DNA of 64,000 nucleotides from Pocillopora damicornis (Eukaryota): NCBI RefSeq assembly GCF_003704095.1, contig NW_020844487.1, positions 372,001 to 436,000 of the forward strand, read 5' to 3'. Shown piece by piece: positions 49,481 to 62,566 of this stretch (position 1 is its first letter; each line of letters starts with the position of its first letter). The notes under the pieces were generated by a model. It saw only the letters and a program-made list of their open reading frames with translations, ran no database searches and was not told where the DNA came from. The position numbers and the translations under genes were made by a program.

Positions 49481-52400
49481 CAGCTATCATCATTATTTTG
49501 TGTTTTTTTTTTGAGAAAGGTAGATATAAATTGAAAACCTCTCAAAAAGTAATTCGATTATCCTTTGCACCGTTGTCCACGGCGCGGATCTGACAAACAG
49601 ACAAACTGAACGACAAAAGAGTAAACACCTTGGCAAGATACCTCAAACAATGAACGGCACCATAGGCATGTACCTACGTCTTAAATGTCGTCTGTAGAGA
49701 TCTACAGACGCGAGAGTTATGTGATTCAGACTGTCAAGATTCTAATTTTGGTGGAGAAGAGTCATCGAAAAGCTTGGCAAAGTTTTGACAAAATATCGAT
49801 AATTCGTGAAGATTTAACTGTCGTCCCAAAATTGCTCGCGCATGAATATAACTTTGAATAGCGGTGCTTATGTATCTTGTCGATCCTTTATTAAAATGTC
49901 TTCTTTTATATACCTATGCCCTTTAAACAGTGAAATATTTAGGTAATGAGAATTGAGAAGTAAGGTTAATGTCATCGAGGATTATCCTTCGAATGTAGCA
50001 CCATATTCTCAAGACTGGCAAATAGGGAAAGAAAAAATATGGTCATCAGCTATACAACGAATTAGTTTGTAAGTCTAGCAAAGTTAAGCCTTAGGTTAAA
50101 GCACAAAAGTTCCCTTAATTTCACCCTATACTACAGATTCACCAAAATAATAATTAAATAGGTTGATTGTTTTATAAGATCTAATACAATTAGCCAAAAC
50201 AAAACTGCGCTTAAAGCCATTGTGGAACGTGCTTCTGACCACTGCAGTGTTTATTTTCTTTACAATAAAAGAATTCCTTTGTCGCCAGAATAACAAACGA
50301 TGCGCAGTGATTTCTGCCAAGGCCACGCAAAGAATTAATTTCATATCATACATAGAAAACTGTAATGAAAAGCGATTCGTGATGAACAAATGTTGGTTCT
50401 CCAATTAAAATTGTAGGGCTTTAATCTCAGCAATGCGAGTTTTTTAATGTGGTAGATGACCCGACAGATGTACTGGTAATATACTACATCGTGTAGCGCT
50501 TAGATCATACGATAAACCAGCTTAAAATCGCAGTTCTTCGTAGGATCGAAAAGCTCTTTTCCAAATATACTGAATTCATGGGGGATGAACCCAAACTCAT
50601 TTAAGTTCTAGAACGTACCACTCCAATTGCCATTAATTACGTGCAAAGAAATTTACTTAACTGAAATCGGGTAAAATCTAACCAGCCTCAAGAAACTGGA
50701 ACCGGCTTTGATTTTCTAGAGTCTTCTACGTTCAGACTAACCTTACTATAAATTACTTAAAACGTTTTTCCTGAAACTTATTGTACTTTTTCTTGCAAGT
50801 AGTCATATATAAGTAAATAGGAATCAACCCAACTCATTAATTTTCCGCTCCAGACGATCCTATTACCTTCATTGTGTTCAATAGAAGGAATCTAAATGGT
50901 GAGAATTTTATCGGAAATTATGAAACAACATACCTTTCGTCTTATGACGCTTGATAATAAACCCAACTTTAGTAGCTGTGAGTGATGTTTGAATTACCGC
51001 AGTAACACTTTTGTATATTGAAATCGCTTGGTAAACATAACCCCTTCGGTTGAAGTAAACCCAATCGAGTGAAGCGTGACGCGAAATGGACATTTACGTC
51101 ACGCTCTCCAGTTTGTAATAGGTTACCTATCTTTGTGAATTTGAACACTAAAAAAGATCTCAAGTTGCTCTCTAATATACCATTTTACCGTATGCATGAA
51201 ACGTGGGGGAAATCAAAACAATGATGCGTCAATGCCCATGGAAGTTATTTTATGTTTTAAAGGGAAAGGAAGCCTGTTTCCCTCAGTTTCCCTCACCATA
51301 AATCGTTTTCATGTAAAAGGTAAAATCAACGTTGCTCGTCATTCTTTTCAACCGAACTTCAGATCTGGCGATGTAAGTCTTGATGTAGACTAGACAGAAA
51401 AATGACTATAGTTCGAGAATTAATTAAATCACTTCACTGTGGGATGGATATTCCCCAAGGACTCAGTCTGTCTTGTCCCCTCGTTTTCTCTTCAAGAGAA
51501 AGAGTGGTACATTTTCAGGGCCCTTATTTTTCACAAAAAAACACTCAAGAGTTTGAACTTGACATTTTGGACCTTTATTGCAGTAGCTTACGTTAAATAC
51601 AGCTTAGTTTAGTAAGGTCACTTTAATAATCACTACTCTAATGGGCCTTTAATTTATTGGCAAAGTTAATCAGCCTTGGTCCAATGTCCTTCCCGGTCTT
51701 CATTCCTGCCACTAAGAAAACAACAATAATTTCAAAATAGAGAGGAAATTTCCGTATTACATACGTTCCCGCCAGTCACTTTGGGGGCCAAAGCAAAACC
51801 GCGCCAAAAATCCTTGAGACAGGTTATTTTGCTTGTGGTTGTTGATTCAATATTATAATAAGGAAACTAACATTTATTGATTGCTTTGAGGGGTGGGGAG
51901 GGGGGATTGGGGAGGAGTTCGGAGTATTCAGGGGGGGGGGGTCTTGTTGTTTTTGCGTCAAAACTAAAAAACAAAGACAAGATACCTTTCGGCAACATGT
52001 GAAGGCACAATTTTAACAAAATTTAACAATTCTCAGCCAAAACAGGACAGCAGTCAGCAAAGTCGGGGTTATCGTACTTGTATGCACAGAGATCTGTTTT
52101 TTAGTGAATAGAAGATGTTTTAGTCGGGGAAAAAAGGTGCGTGTGACAGTAATTCACGCGAGTTAGTTGCGTGGTTCACGCAAGGAACTCGTTCACATCT
52201 TATCGGAGAGTAAGTAGGACANNNNNNNNNNNNNNNNNNNNNNNNNNNNNNNNNNNNNNNNNNNNNNNNNNNNNNNNNNNNNNNNNNNNNNNNNNNNNNN
52301 NNNNNNNNNNNNNNNNNNNNNGCAGTGCTTAAAAACTGCTGTACATATTTTTTAATCACTCTCTTCGAACTTGAACTGGCGAGAAAACAAACCGTAGTTT

Positions 52401-53170
52401 TTCAACTAGAACAGCTATTTCTTAGACAATTTTTGAGAATTTTTCTGGGCAGCCTTTAAAAATGTTTTTTGACTTTGTTGTGANNNNNNNNNNNNNNNNN
52501 NNNNNNNNNNNNNNNNNNNNNNNNNNNNNNNNNNNNNNNNNNNNNNNNNNNNNNNNNNNNNNNNNNNNNNNNNNNNNNNNNNNNNNNNNNNNNNNNNNNN
52601 NNNNNNNNNNNNNNNNNNNNNNNNNNNNNNNNNNNNNNNNNNNNNNNNNNNNNNNNNNNNNNNNNNNNNNNNNNNNNNNNNNNNNNNNNNNNNNNNNNNN
52701 NNGTCTGAAGAATCATGTTAAGCTGCAGAAAAGAACTAATGTGTTTTTCTGTTGAACTGACTCGCTTCTCAGTCAACCTCAAATGGAATTTGAAGTGTAA
52801 GTTTTGGTGGAAAGCGGAGCAAGGAATACTCGGAGAAAATCCTCAGACCANNNNNNNNNNNNNNNNNNNNNNNNNNNNNNNNNNNNNNNNNNNNNNNNNN
52901 NNNNNNNNNNNNNNNNNNNNNNNNNNNNNNNNNNNNNNNNNNNNNNNNNNNNNNNNNNNNNNNNNNNNNNNNNNNNNNNNNNNNNNNNNNNNNNNNNNNN
53001 NNNNNNNNNNNNNNNNNNNNNNNNNNNNNNNNNNNNNNNNNNNNNNNNNNNNNNNNNNNNNNNNNNNNNNNNNNNNNNNNNNNNNNNNNNNNNNNNNNNN
53101 NNNNNNNNNNNNNNNNNNNNNNNNNNNNNNNNNNNNNNNNNNNNNNNNNNNNNNNNNNNNNNNNNNNNNC

Positions 53171-53236
53171 TAGCTCAGTCGGTAGAGCATCAGACTTTTA
53201 ATCTGAGAGTCATGGGTTCAAGTTCTATACCGGGCG
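53171..53236 (+). tRNA. tRNA-Lys(TTT), partial and variant (5-prime end in gap)
   Basis: TAGCTCAGTCGGTAGAGCATCAGACTTTTAATCTGAG..; its downstream flank matches 38081-38183. Confidence 0.75.
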
Positions 53237-54309
53237 ATAACACTGGTAATGGTATATTTCAGTTTGTTTCTTTAGATAGCTCACTCTATCAAATGGAACT
53301 ATAGCGAACTTCAAAAATCTTTGNNNNNNNNNNNNNNNNNNNNNNNNNNNNNNNNNNNNNNNNNNNNNNNNNNNNNNNNNNNNNNNNNNNNNNNNNNNNN
53401 NNNNNNNNNNNNNNNNNNNNNNNNNNNNNNNNNNNNNNNNNNNNNNNNNNNNNNNNNNNNNNNNNNNNNNNNNNNNNNNNNNNNNNNNNNNNNNNNNNNN
53501 NNNNNNNNNNNNNNNNNNNNNNNNNNNNNNNNNNNNNNNNNNNNNNNNNNNNNNNNNNNNNNNNNNNNNNNNNNNNNNNNNNNNNNNNNNNNNNNNNNNN
53601 NNNNNNNNNNNNNNNNNNNNNNNNNNNNNNNNNNNNNNNNNNNNNNNNNNNNNNNNNNNNNNNNNNNNNNNNNNNNNNNNNNNNNNNNNNNNNNNNNNNN
53701 NNNNNNNNNNNNNNNNNNNNNNNNNNNNNNNNNNNNNNNNNNNNNNNNNNNNNNNNNNNNNNNNNNNNNNNNNNNNNNNNNNNNNNNNNNNNNNNNNNNN
53801 NNNNNNNNNNNNNNNNNNNNNNNNNNNNNNNNNNNNNNNNNNNNNNNNNNNNNNNNNNNNNNNNNNNNNNNNNNNNNNNNNNNNNNNNNNNNNNNNNNNN
53901 NNNNNNNNNNNNNNNNNNNNNNNNNNNNNNNNNNNNNNNNNNNNNNNNNNNNNNNNNNNNNNNNNNNNNNNNNNNNNNNNNNNNNNNNNNNNNNNNNNNN
54001 NNNNNNNNNNNNNNNNNNNAGCTTTTAGTACTAAAACTGCTGTTGAATGGAATCTTTCTACTCCCTTCTCGTTACACCGTGCAGCGATGTGTGAGCTGCG
54101 GAATTAGTCAGTTTGGCCGATTTCTGAATNNNNNNNNNNNNNNNNNNNNNNNNNNNNNNNNNNNNNNNNNNNNNNNNNNNNNNNNNNNNNNNNNNNNNNN
54201 NNNNNNNNNNNNNNNNNNNNNNNNNNNNNAGAACTGGGATGTATAAGACATACAAAGATTTTTAATAAGTACAAAATAAAACTGATTTTCATCGACAATA
54301 CGATGTTCA

Positions 54310-54925
54310 TAATGCATTGATAAACTTAGAACTTCAACATTCCCCCCCTCCCCGGGCAACCCATGGGCATTTGGCTGTCGTCCGTGCCCCGGAGGTGGAA
54401 AATTTAAACCTTGCCCTGCTGGGGTGGGGTATTTGAACCGGAATACAGGTTTCATATCTTTGAATATGGAGGTGTTTAACCCTTTAACTCACAGGAGTGA
54501 CAAAGACCGAATTTCTCATCACAATATCAATACAATATACAATACAATCAACCAGATGAGTGATGAGAATAAAGAAAAACATCAATTTGGGAATAATTGA
54601 GTTGATCCAATACTAAATTCTCTGAACTAACATTATAAGAATTGTATGGTCGACAGTAAGGAAAATTATAAATTTGATCTGGGAGTTAAAGGGTTAAGGT
54701 AAATAGTTCACTTTTGCAAGCGAATGGCTCAGAAGAAAAGGTCTACAAGTTTTAAAGCTTGGTCAATGAGTAGAAAGCCACGCTTGCTGATTTGGCCTTT
54801 TACAAAAACATTGGGTGGGGCATTTGTACACAGTTGTTACCCTGGGGGTCGGAAATTTGAACAAACCAATTTTCAAAAGTTCAAATGCACGGGAAGTTGC
54901 CGGAGGGAATGTTATCGATGCATTA
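54310..54925. mobile_element. Nested MITEs: TTAA-flanked piggyBac-type MITE (54480-54693) inside another MITE
   Basis: TTAA-CCCTTTAACTC..GAGTTAAAGGG-TTAA; host element has inverted aacattccc..gggcatttg / caaatgcacggg..gggaatgtt. Confidence 0.75.
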
Positions 54926-56376
54926 CAAGGAAAATGTCACTAAAAATGATAATTGTAATGATTAAAGTGATCATAATAATAATAATAATAATGACAGAAC
55001 ACGGCCAAAACCTCTGATTTTTAATCATAAATTTAATTCTAATGGGAGTCAATGTTACTTACCAATGGTTGGTACACCTGCAAAAATGTAACAGCAAAAT
55101 AAATTGAGATAAGAATAACAGTTTTAAAACCGGTTTAACTTTACTTCTTTCATTCTTCATAACAATCAGTTTCTTAGGGTAATAATCTTTTACGTTTAGC
55201 CATGCTTCTTATAGTTTTTGTCACGCAAAGACATATTTTTGGATTAATCAATAAGCACCGTGGAAACATTGACAATATAGAAAACGAAAACTCGGACAAA
55301 CACAACAACGAGGGTTTAATTTTTAAAATACTCATTTCATATTTTTTAACAACTCCGCCCTCATTTCTTTGAAGCATGGGACCTACAATGATTTAGAATT
55401 AACCATAATGCGCGTCGGAAAACCCAACCGAAAGGTCTGGGGACGAATCCAGGCTGGGATTTTTGAGTTTCTTAGTTTTGGAGACATAAAGGGACTCCAG
55501 GGAGGAAACGCAGTTTCTCTCTCCAACTCAAGAATAGAAATGGCCATGATGGAAAATCGTAGGGGTGAGCTGACTGACCTGTTGTTAAGGGAGGGAGGGG
55601 TGGGTGGGAGGAAGGGTAACCTATGCAGCGGCTAAGTATCCCGTGTATGAGGAGTTACTGAAAATTTGCCGATACTCCCACTATCTTTGCTTCAAGCTGA
55701 AAAACGAGGTAAGTTCTATCAGTATACTGCCATTTGCCTCGATTTTAGATGTTTAGAAAAAGATGAACAATATCAGCATATTCAGACCAAGTTTTACTAA
55801 AAACTAAAGGGAGTCATATCCCCTTTGAGCAAATTTCTGATATCTAAGAATTGAGAAGACGACATGCAGGCTGCAAATCTAAAGTTTTTTCACTGCAGGC
55901 TCTAAAACACGATACAACATAATTTTCTGGATAATCAAGGTAGTTTTTCACCCCCCACTGCAAGAGTGGTGTCACATTGCAGATCACGGAAACGTTCCTA
56001 ACCAAATTGGAGGGACGCCTTGCAAGCTGCCAGTCAAAATTTATTCGCAGCAAGGTCCAACTCCTGCATTTCCCTTATATAGATGGTGTATCATGTTTCA
56101 CAGGTTGATATCACATTTTATCTCTCTCGCAAAAACTGGTGTCGAATCACGGATCACGAAACAAATAATCTCACGACAAGAACCAGGTAGCTTCTTTGTC
56201 AATTCATTTTTGTCAATAGACGATGGAGTTTTTCTCAAAAAATAAAATGTCATAATTTCATGAACATCATTGTTTACCTGAAAACCTGGTGAACCTCGTT
56301 TGCAAATTGATAAACAATGAATGGAAAAGTCTCAAAGTAGAATCAGAGGAAACATAAGGAAAACAGAGAAAGATCA

Positions 56377-56594
56377 ATGAAGAAAACTTATTTACCAGCT
56401 TCCTGTATATGTATCCATAAACCCTGACATTTTTAAGTAAAAAAATGAATCAAAAAACATTAGTAAATATCTATACTGATGAAAGTATGAAGAAAACTTA
56501 TTTACCAGCTTCCTGTATATGTATCCATAAACCCTGACATTTTTAAGTAAAAAAATGAATCATAAAACATTAGTAAATATCTATACTGATGAAA
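56377..56594. repeat. 110-bp tandem duplication
   Basis: Two near-identical copies starting at 56377 and 56487. Confidence 0.95.
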
Positions 56595-57627
56595 CAGAGC
56601 GTAACATGTAAACAAAAAGAATTTAGGACAATGTTGCATAATCTTTGATTTGACGAAAGTTTTACAATGAGTGTCGGGTGAAGTAAGTTAATCGTTACTT
56701 AGTGAAACGAGATGTGATATCCGTGGAACCATCAATGAATCGTGTTTTAGAGCTTGCTGTGAAATATCATGAACTTACAAACAAGATGGCGTCTCTCAAT
56801 TGAGTCTTGCAGATTATGAATTGAAACTAACTTATACTGGCCACCAAGGTTTTTGTAAAAAAAGATTCTGAACATGCTGATACAATAATATGAAAGGAGC
56901 GAGGTTAGGATAAAAGGAATGTTCCGTGAGGTTTACATCAAGGATTAACATGCGTGGAACACTACCTCCCTGCATGAGAAGAGGCAGGAATACGGAATAT
57001 AGTTATTTATGATCGCTTATGCAAGTTTATTTCCGTTCACTCTGAAAAAAATCCATGGTGTCTTTCCGAGTTTTGAATTCACACCTTTCATCATCTTTTG
57101 TGAAAATGTCAGGTTTTAATCTGCATTTCTTTTCCTCAATCTCAAAACCAAGCAACTTTCTGAGCTCGGAATTTGTGAGTACTTAATAATTTAATTTTTT
57201 AATTCTTTACTGAAATCAAAGAAGTCTTAAATGATTTGGCGCTTTTTTTACTCTCTTTGCTATGCAGGATGAATTCAATGAGATCATTTTGGTTTTCACA
57301 ACAATACGTATGACCTCTTATGCCTACTTTTGTTGCCACGTTTATCATTTCAAAGATTTTCATGCNNNNNNNNNNNNNNNNNNNNNNNNNNNNNNNNNNN
57401 NNNNNNNNNNNNNNNNNNNNNNNNNNNNNNNNNNNNNNNNNNNNNNNNNNNNNNNNNNNNNNNNNGAATTATCTTGAGGCTTTTACGCAAAGGATTGTCA
57501 TAAGATTCCCAAATGCCTAGGATTTTGTTGATAATGAAACGACGCAAATGGTGGAAAGATTTCCAGAACTTATTCCAACAGAAGTTTGTTGGTAATAGAG
57601 TCAACATCAGCTTCATTTGCTATTCTC

Positions 57628-57987
57628 CTAAGCTGATTTTTTTAACGAATAACATTGTTTGATCTCATGCAAATTCAAGTCGAATTCAACATCAGAGATT
57701 GATCCATCTTTCATTCCTTTTGAAAACAACCTGTTGACTGAAAGGTGCTTTGCCTTAGCATTTAAAATTGTTTGCTTGTGCTTCGTGATTTTCGAATTAA
57801 GCTTTTTGCTCTTGACAATAAGTGCTATTGATATGGAACCAAACCAAGCGGCGAGACCTGCTAAAGGCGGTCCTGCAATTATCCCAATTCCACTCAGAGC
57901 AGCTGCCAGCACCGCTTGGTGACAAAACGGCAGCAATGACACCAGTTGTTTCACCACTACTTTCCAATTTCGGACACTAGTGTCCAA
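57628..57987 (-). mobile_element. Polinton/Maverick (adintovirus)-like hydrophobic ORF remnant
   Basis: SGIGIIAG.PLAG..FG..SKKL..K..KH...A.AK..SVN...SK...DG.ISD.EF pattern recalled from Polinton-associated proteins; intronless; short actagtgtc tandem repeats at 57970-58030. Confidence 0.55.
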
Positions 57988-59283
57988 AATCGGTCACTAG
58001 TCTAAAATCAGATACTAGTGTCTAAATCAACACCAGACAGAGAGAAAAAATAAATTTTACTCATTTATAAGGAGAGAAGAATCTAGTTTTAGCTAATACT
58101 CTTTATTGTCAATCAACTCAGCATTCCGTTCCATTCTTTTCTTTTTTCAGTTTTAATGACTGAATTTATTATTCATTAAATTGAAATAAAAGTTTTGTGC
58201 TATAAACAAAGCCTCTGCATATATAATGAGGTTAATCTTCATCTTGATTTTCTGATGGGCTTCATTACTTTGTTACTGCTGCAAGTGAAATTTCAGACTA
58301 TCAGTCTATACCATTCTTCAAGATTGAAATGAAAATTCTCCTTGGGATGGAACATCGATCTTGCGCTGACTAAGTATTTAGTAAAGTAAATTTATTTGAG
58401 GCGGAGGGGTGGGGGTGGGGGGTGGAAGCGGACGGCGTAAAGATTCTCCTTGTTTCGTTGCAGAAACTATCGTTAGTGCAACTTGAAATTGTTCTGGCAA
58501 ATTTTTCCTTAAAATCTCTGCCGTTTAATATGTTTTCATGGATGAAAATTTACACCAAGTTTGAGCTTTACCCTGGATTCACCCTGACTTCCTTCCGAAC
58601 ACATTGTTCCTGGAGTCGGGGTTTTGCCTCCTTTTTTCACAACAGCATTTTTATTCCGTGTTAACCACCATTGTAGTATATTACTTGATTCTAGCCACTG
58701 TTACAGTTTTTCTCAAACAGTTACTCAACTCGTGTTTGTTTCAAATTACTCAAATTAAGAGCAAGTGTCAGCATCATAAACAAAAACAATCAGAACAAAT
58801 AAACAAAGAGAGAAAAGACGGCGGCAACGACGTGATCAAGGAAGTAAATATAGCACCCAAGGCATCTTTGATAGCAGGCATGATTCTTACGACCCTTCAA
58901 TAGACCACTACTTTTTTTTTAAAAAGATGTCTATCTATCTATATCTATATGATAAGCTGAATTAAACACGCATTTGATTGGCTGTTGCTTATGAGCTATT
59001 GGAAGACAGACGCAAGGATGACGTCACCATTAACAAAATTTTCTTTTTTAATTGTATAAAACAAATAGATTGCATGTTGCCGTGTGTCTGTACAGTAATA
59101 GATCACAGAAGCGTCTAGAACATCAATGAAACGCCCGGCTGCATCTCATATGCTTCATTTTGGTTCTCACTACATTTTGATGTCATCTGTGATCCATCAT
59201 AGAACAGACGCACAGCAAAAAGGTATCTATTTCTTTAAAAGCAACAGCTCAAAATACTGTGACGTAGCTTGAAAACACTCACC

Positions 59284-60284
59284 TCAACCGCAGCGTTCAC
59301 ATGACTTAGGACAATAAATGTCCATAAAATCTGCATGTTCCCAACACATGTGCTCTGTTGCTTTCCTTTCACAAAAGCTTGTGTAGAGAGGATGGTCCAC
59401 ACATTCTGAAAATAACACATTGGAAAAAATAAACCGAACGAGTATATTTACAAATATACTGCGCAATCTTAAGGAGTAACGTGTAAGCGGGAATGTTATC
59501 AGAGAATCAGTAGATTGTTGTAGTACTCTACCGGCATTTTTTGGGATTAGAACCTAGCAAGTCCCAAAGACGCAATATGCCCGACATAGATGAAGTGCTG
59601 CTTGACTAATTACGTAGACTGGTTGATGACGAAAGAGTGACTTGTACCTCTGGGTACAAGAGTGCTGCATAATTAATGGCGGAGAATAACAACAATGACG
59701 AAAGAGTGACTTGTATCTCTGGGTACAAGAGTGCTGTATGACTTATGGCAGAGAATAACATATTTAACCATATTTATATTTTCTGTTATCCTTACGTTAG
59801 ATTTATGCAGGGCCTCACTGAAAACCACACTTTGTGACGTGGGCTCCCTGTCAAAAGATCTTATTTATTATTATTATTATTATTATATAACAACAACGAC
59901 GAAAGAGTGACTTATACCCCAGATGTTTCCAGCTTCTATTGGAGCTAAAAGAAACAAAGACAGAAAAAAAAAAACAACAATTAAAAGTCAAACACGATAT
60001 TATCGTTTTATGTGATGCTCTGAAAGAAAAATCAGTTTTGGTGAAGGATGATGAGAGGAGGGAGAAGCTTCGAAAGAAGACCGGTAAGGGGAATTAATTT
60101 TCAGACCTTATTCTCCTCCTTTGTAAAAACTTCACAAGTTGATACTTACGCACGCAAGGCTTTCGATAAATTTCGGTCATTATACCCTGCAGATATCCTT
60201 CAATATCTTTCACATCCACAACATCGTTAGCACTTCCTGTCATTAGCCTCAATCTATTTTTCGCCATACCAGTTCCAATCCCCA
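59284..60284 (-). CDS. vWA + ShKT protein, inverted paralog (partial); exons gap-60150, 59944-59918, 59405-59284
   Basis: Reverse-complement copy of 61154-62341; ShKT-like CVDHPLYTSFC..C..FMDIYCPKSCERCG*. Confidence 0.8.
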
Positions 60285-60744
60285 NNNNNNNNNNNNNNNN
60301 NNNNNNNNNNNNNNNNNNNNNNNNNNNNNNNNNNNNNNNNNNNNNNNNNNNNNNNNNNNNNNNNNNNNNNNNNNNNNNNNNNNNTTTACAAGGAAATCTG
60401 TAACAGCTAGAAGAGAGAATTGACAATAAGATATTAAGAGTTGAAGGGTTCATGGAAGCGAAAAGTGATACATGCAGAGTTTTTCATTTGGTGTTTCGCA
60501 TTTGCGGTATATTGCCGTGCAGATTTCTTTTTTCTTCAGGAAATTACTTTTTCAGATAAAGGTCTATTGGAAAATCCACAAAGATTAAATGCCTCAAAAT
60601 TTTTACGCTGCTCCGTAGCTCTTGAAAGGGCTTTTTATGATTGCACGAAAAAGGCAGCTCTATCCTGGGTGCTATGTTGAAAGGTGCGTTAGCCAAGCAT
60701 TTACAAAAGATAGTTTACACTGATCTTTTTGTTGGTTAATGTAG

Positions 60745-62339
60745 TATGCCCCATGGATGTGGCGTTTATCATGGACTCTTCTGGAAGCATAAAGCGAGCG
60801 GAATTCTACGAGGAAAGACTCCTCGTCAAGAAGCTGGTGGTGCAGGTGACAGCAACTGGTAACCGGGAAGCTCTGATTTTGTTCGGTTCATCAGCGAGTG
60901 TCAAAGCTCAACTTGGACAGTACGATACCGCTGAAAAGTACATAGAAGTTGTACAAAAACTACGAAAGAAAAACGGAAGAACTCGAATCGACAGGGCTCT
61001 AAATGTGGCTGTCGATGAGGTGTTCTCTTCTGCGAGACCCTATGCATATAAGATTGTCATCGTTCTAAGTGATGGCGTACAATCCAAAGGAGCTAAAAGC
61101 TTGAGGGAGAGTTCCAGACCCCTTCGACAGGCAAACGTTCGTGTATTAGCGGTGGGGATTGGAACTGGTATGGCGAAAAATAGATTGAGGCTAATGACAG
61201 GAAGTGATGACGATGTTGTGGATGTGAAAGATATTGAGGGACATCTGCAGTATATAATCACCAATATTTATCGAAATCCTTGCGGCGCCGTGCGTAAGTA
61301 TCACCTTGTGAAGTTTTTACAGAGGAGGAGAATAAGGTCTGAAAATTAATTCCCCATACCGGTCTTCTTTCGAAGCTTCTCCCTCCTCTCATCATCCTTT
61401 ACCAAAACTGATTTTACTTTCAGAGCATCACGAAAAACGATAATATCGTGTTTGACTTTTAATTATTGTTGTTTTTTTTTTGTGTTCAACCAGAAGCTGC
61501 AAACAACTTTCCGAGCAGCACTCCTGTAACCAAAGGTATGTCACTCTTTCGTCATTGTCGTTATGCTCTGCCATAAGTCATGCAGCACTCTTGTACCCAG
61601 AGATAAAAGTCACTCTTTCGTCATTGTTGTTATTCTCTGCCATAAGTCATACAACACTCTTGTACCCAGAGATACAAGTCACTCTTTCGTCATTGTTGTT
61701 ATTCTCCTCCATTAATAATGCAGCACTCTTGTACCCAGAGGTACAAGTCACTCTTTCCTCATTGTTGTTATTCTCTGCCATAAGTCATGCAGCACTCTTG
61801 TACCCAGAGATACAAGTCACTCTTTCGTCATTGTTGTTAGTCTTCGCCATTAATAATGCAGCACTCTTGTACCCAGAGATACAAGTCACTCTTTCGTCAT
61901 TGTTGTTATTCTCCGCCATTTATAATGCAGCACTCTTGTACCCAGAGGTGCAAGTCACTCTTTCCTCATTGTTGTTATTCACAAGTCACTCTTTCGTCAT
62001 CAGCCAGTCTTTGTAATTAGTCATGCAGCACTTCATCTATGTCGGGCATATTGCGTCTTTGGGACTTGCTAGGTTCTAATCCCAAAAAATGCCGGTAGAG
62101 TACTACAACAATCTGCTGATTCTCTGATAACATTCCCGCTTACACGTTACTTAAGATTGCGCAGTATATTTGTAAATATACTCGTTCGGTTTATTTTTTC
62201 CAATGTGTTATTTTCAGAATGTGTGGACCATCCTCTCTACACAAGCTTTTGTGAAAGGAAAGCAACAGAGCACATGTGTTGGGCACATGCAGATTTTATG
62301 GACATTTATTGTCCTAAGTCATGTGAACGCTGCGATTGA
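60745..62339 (+). CDS. vWA + ShKT protein; exons 60745-61293, 61494-61535, 62218-62339; 5-prime end unresolved
   Basis: MIDAS DSSGS, TRIDRAL, LSDG, VLAVGIG; phase-1 introns; six-Cys ShKT-like final exon. Confidence 0.85.
61516..62000. repeat. 69-bp minisatellite, ~7 units
   Basis: Units start at 61516, 61583, 61652, 61721, 61790, 61859 and 61928. Confidence 0.95.
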
Positions 62340-62566
62340 GGNNNNNNNNNNNNNNNNNNNNNNNNNNNNNNNNNNNNNNNNNNNNNNNNNNNNNNNNNNN
62401 NNNNNNNNNNNNNNNNNNNNNNNNNNNNNNNNNNNNNNNNNAGCGCTCCAAAATATAGTCTGTTTGCAGAAATTTCAATTTAATTTGCTCTTGTTAGTTC
62501 AGCCTTTTTATAAATCGTAATAGGCTGTGTTGTTTCTCCTCTTTCCTCATTTTTTTTCTCGATAAG

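Noticed and set aside
52120-54455. Long X-containing ORFs
   Set aside because: Artefacts of N gaps.
61516-62000. CRISPR-like regular repeats
   Set aside because: No unique spacers, no cas genes, eukaryotic context.
61480-62016. 178-aa hydrophobic repeat ORF
   Set aside because: It is the 69-bp intronic minisatellite read in a stop-free frame, has no ATG start and is out of frame with the real exon.
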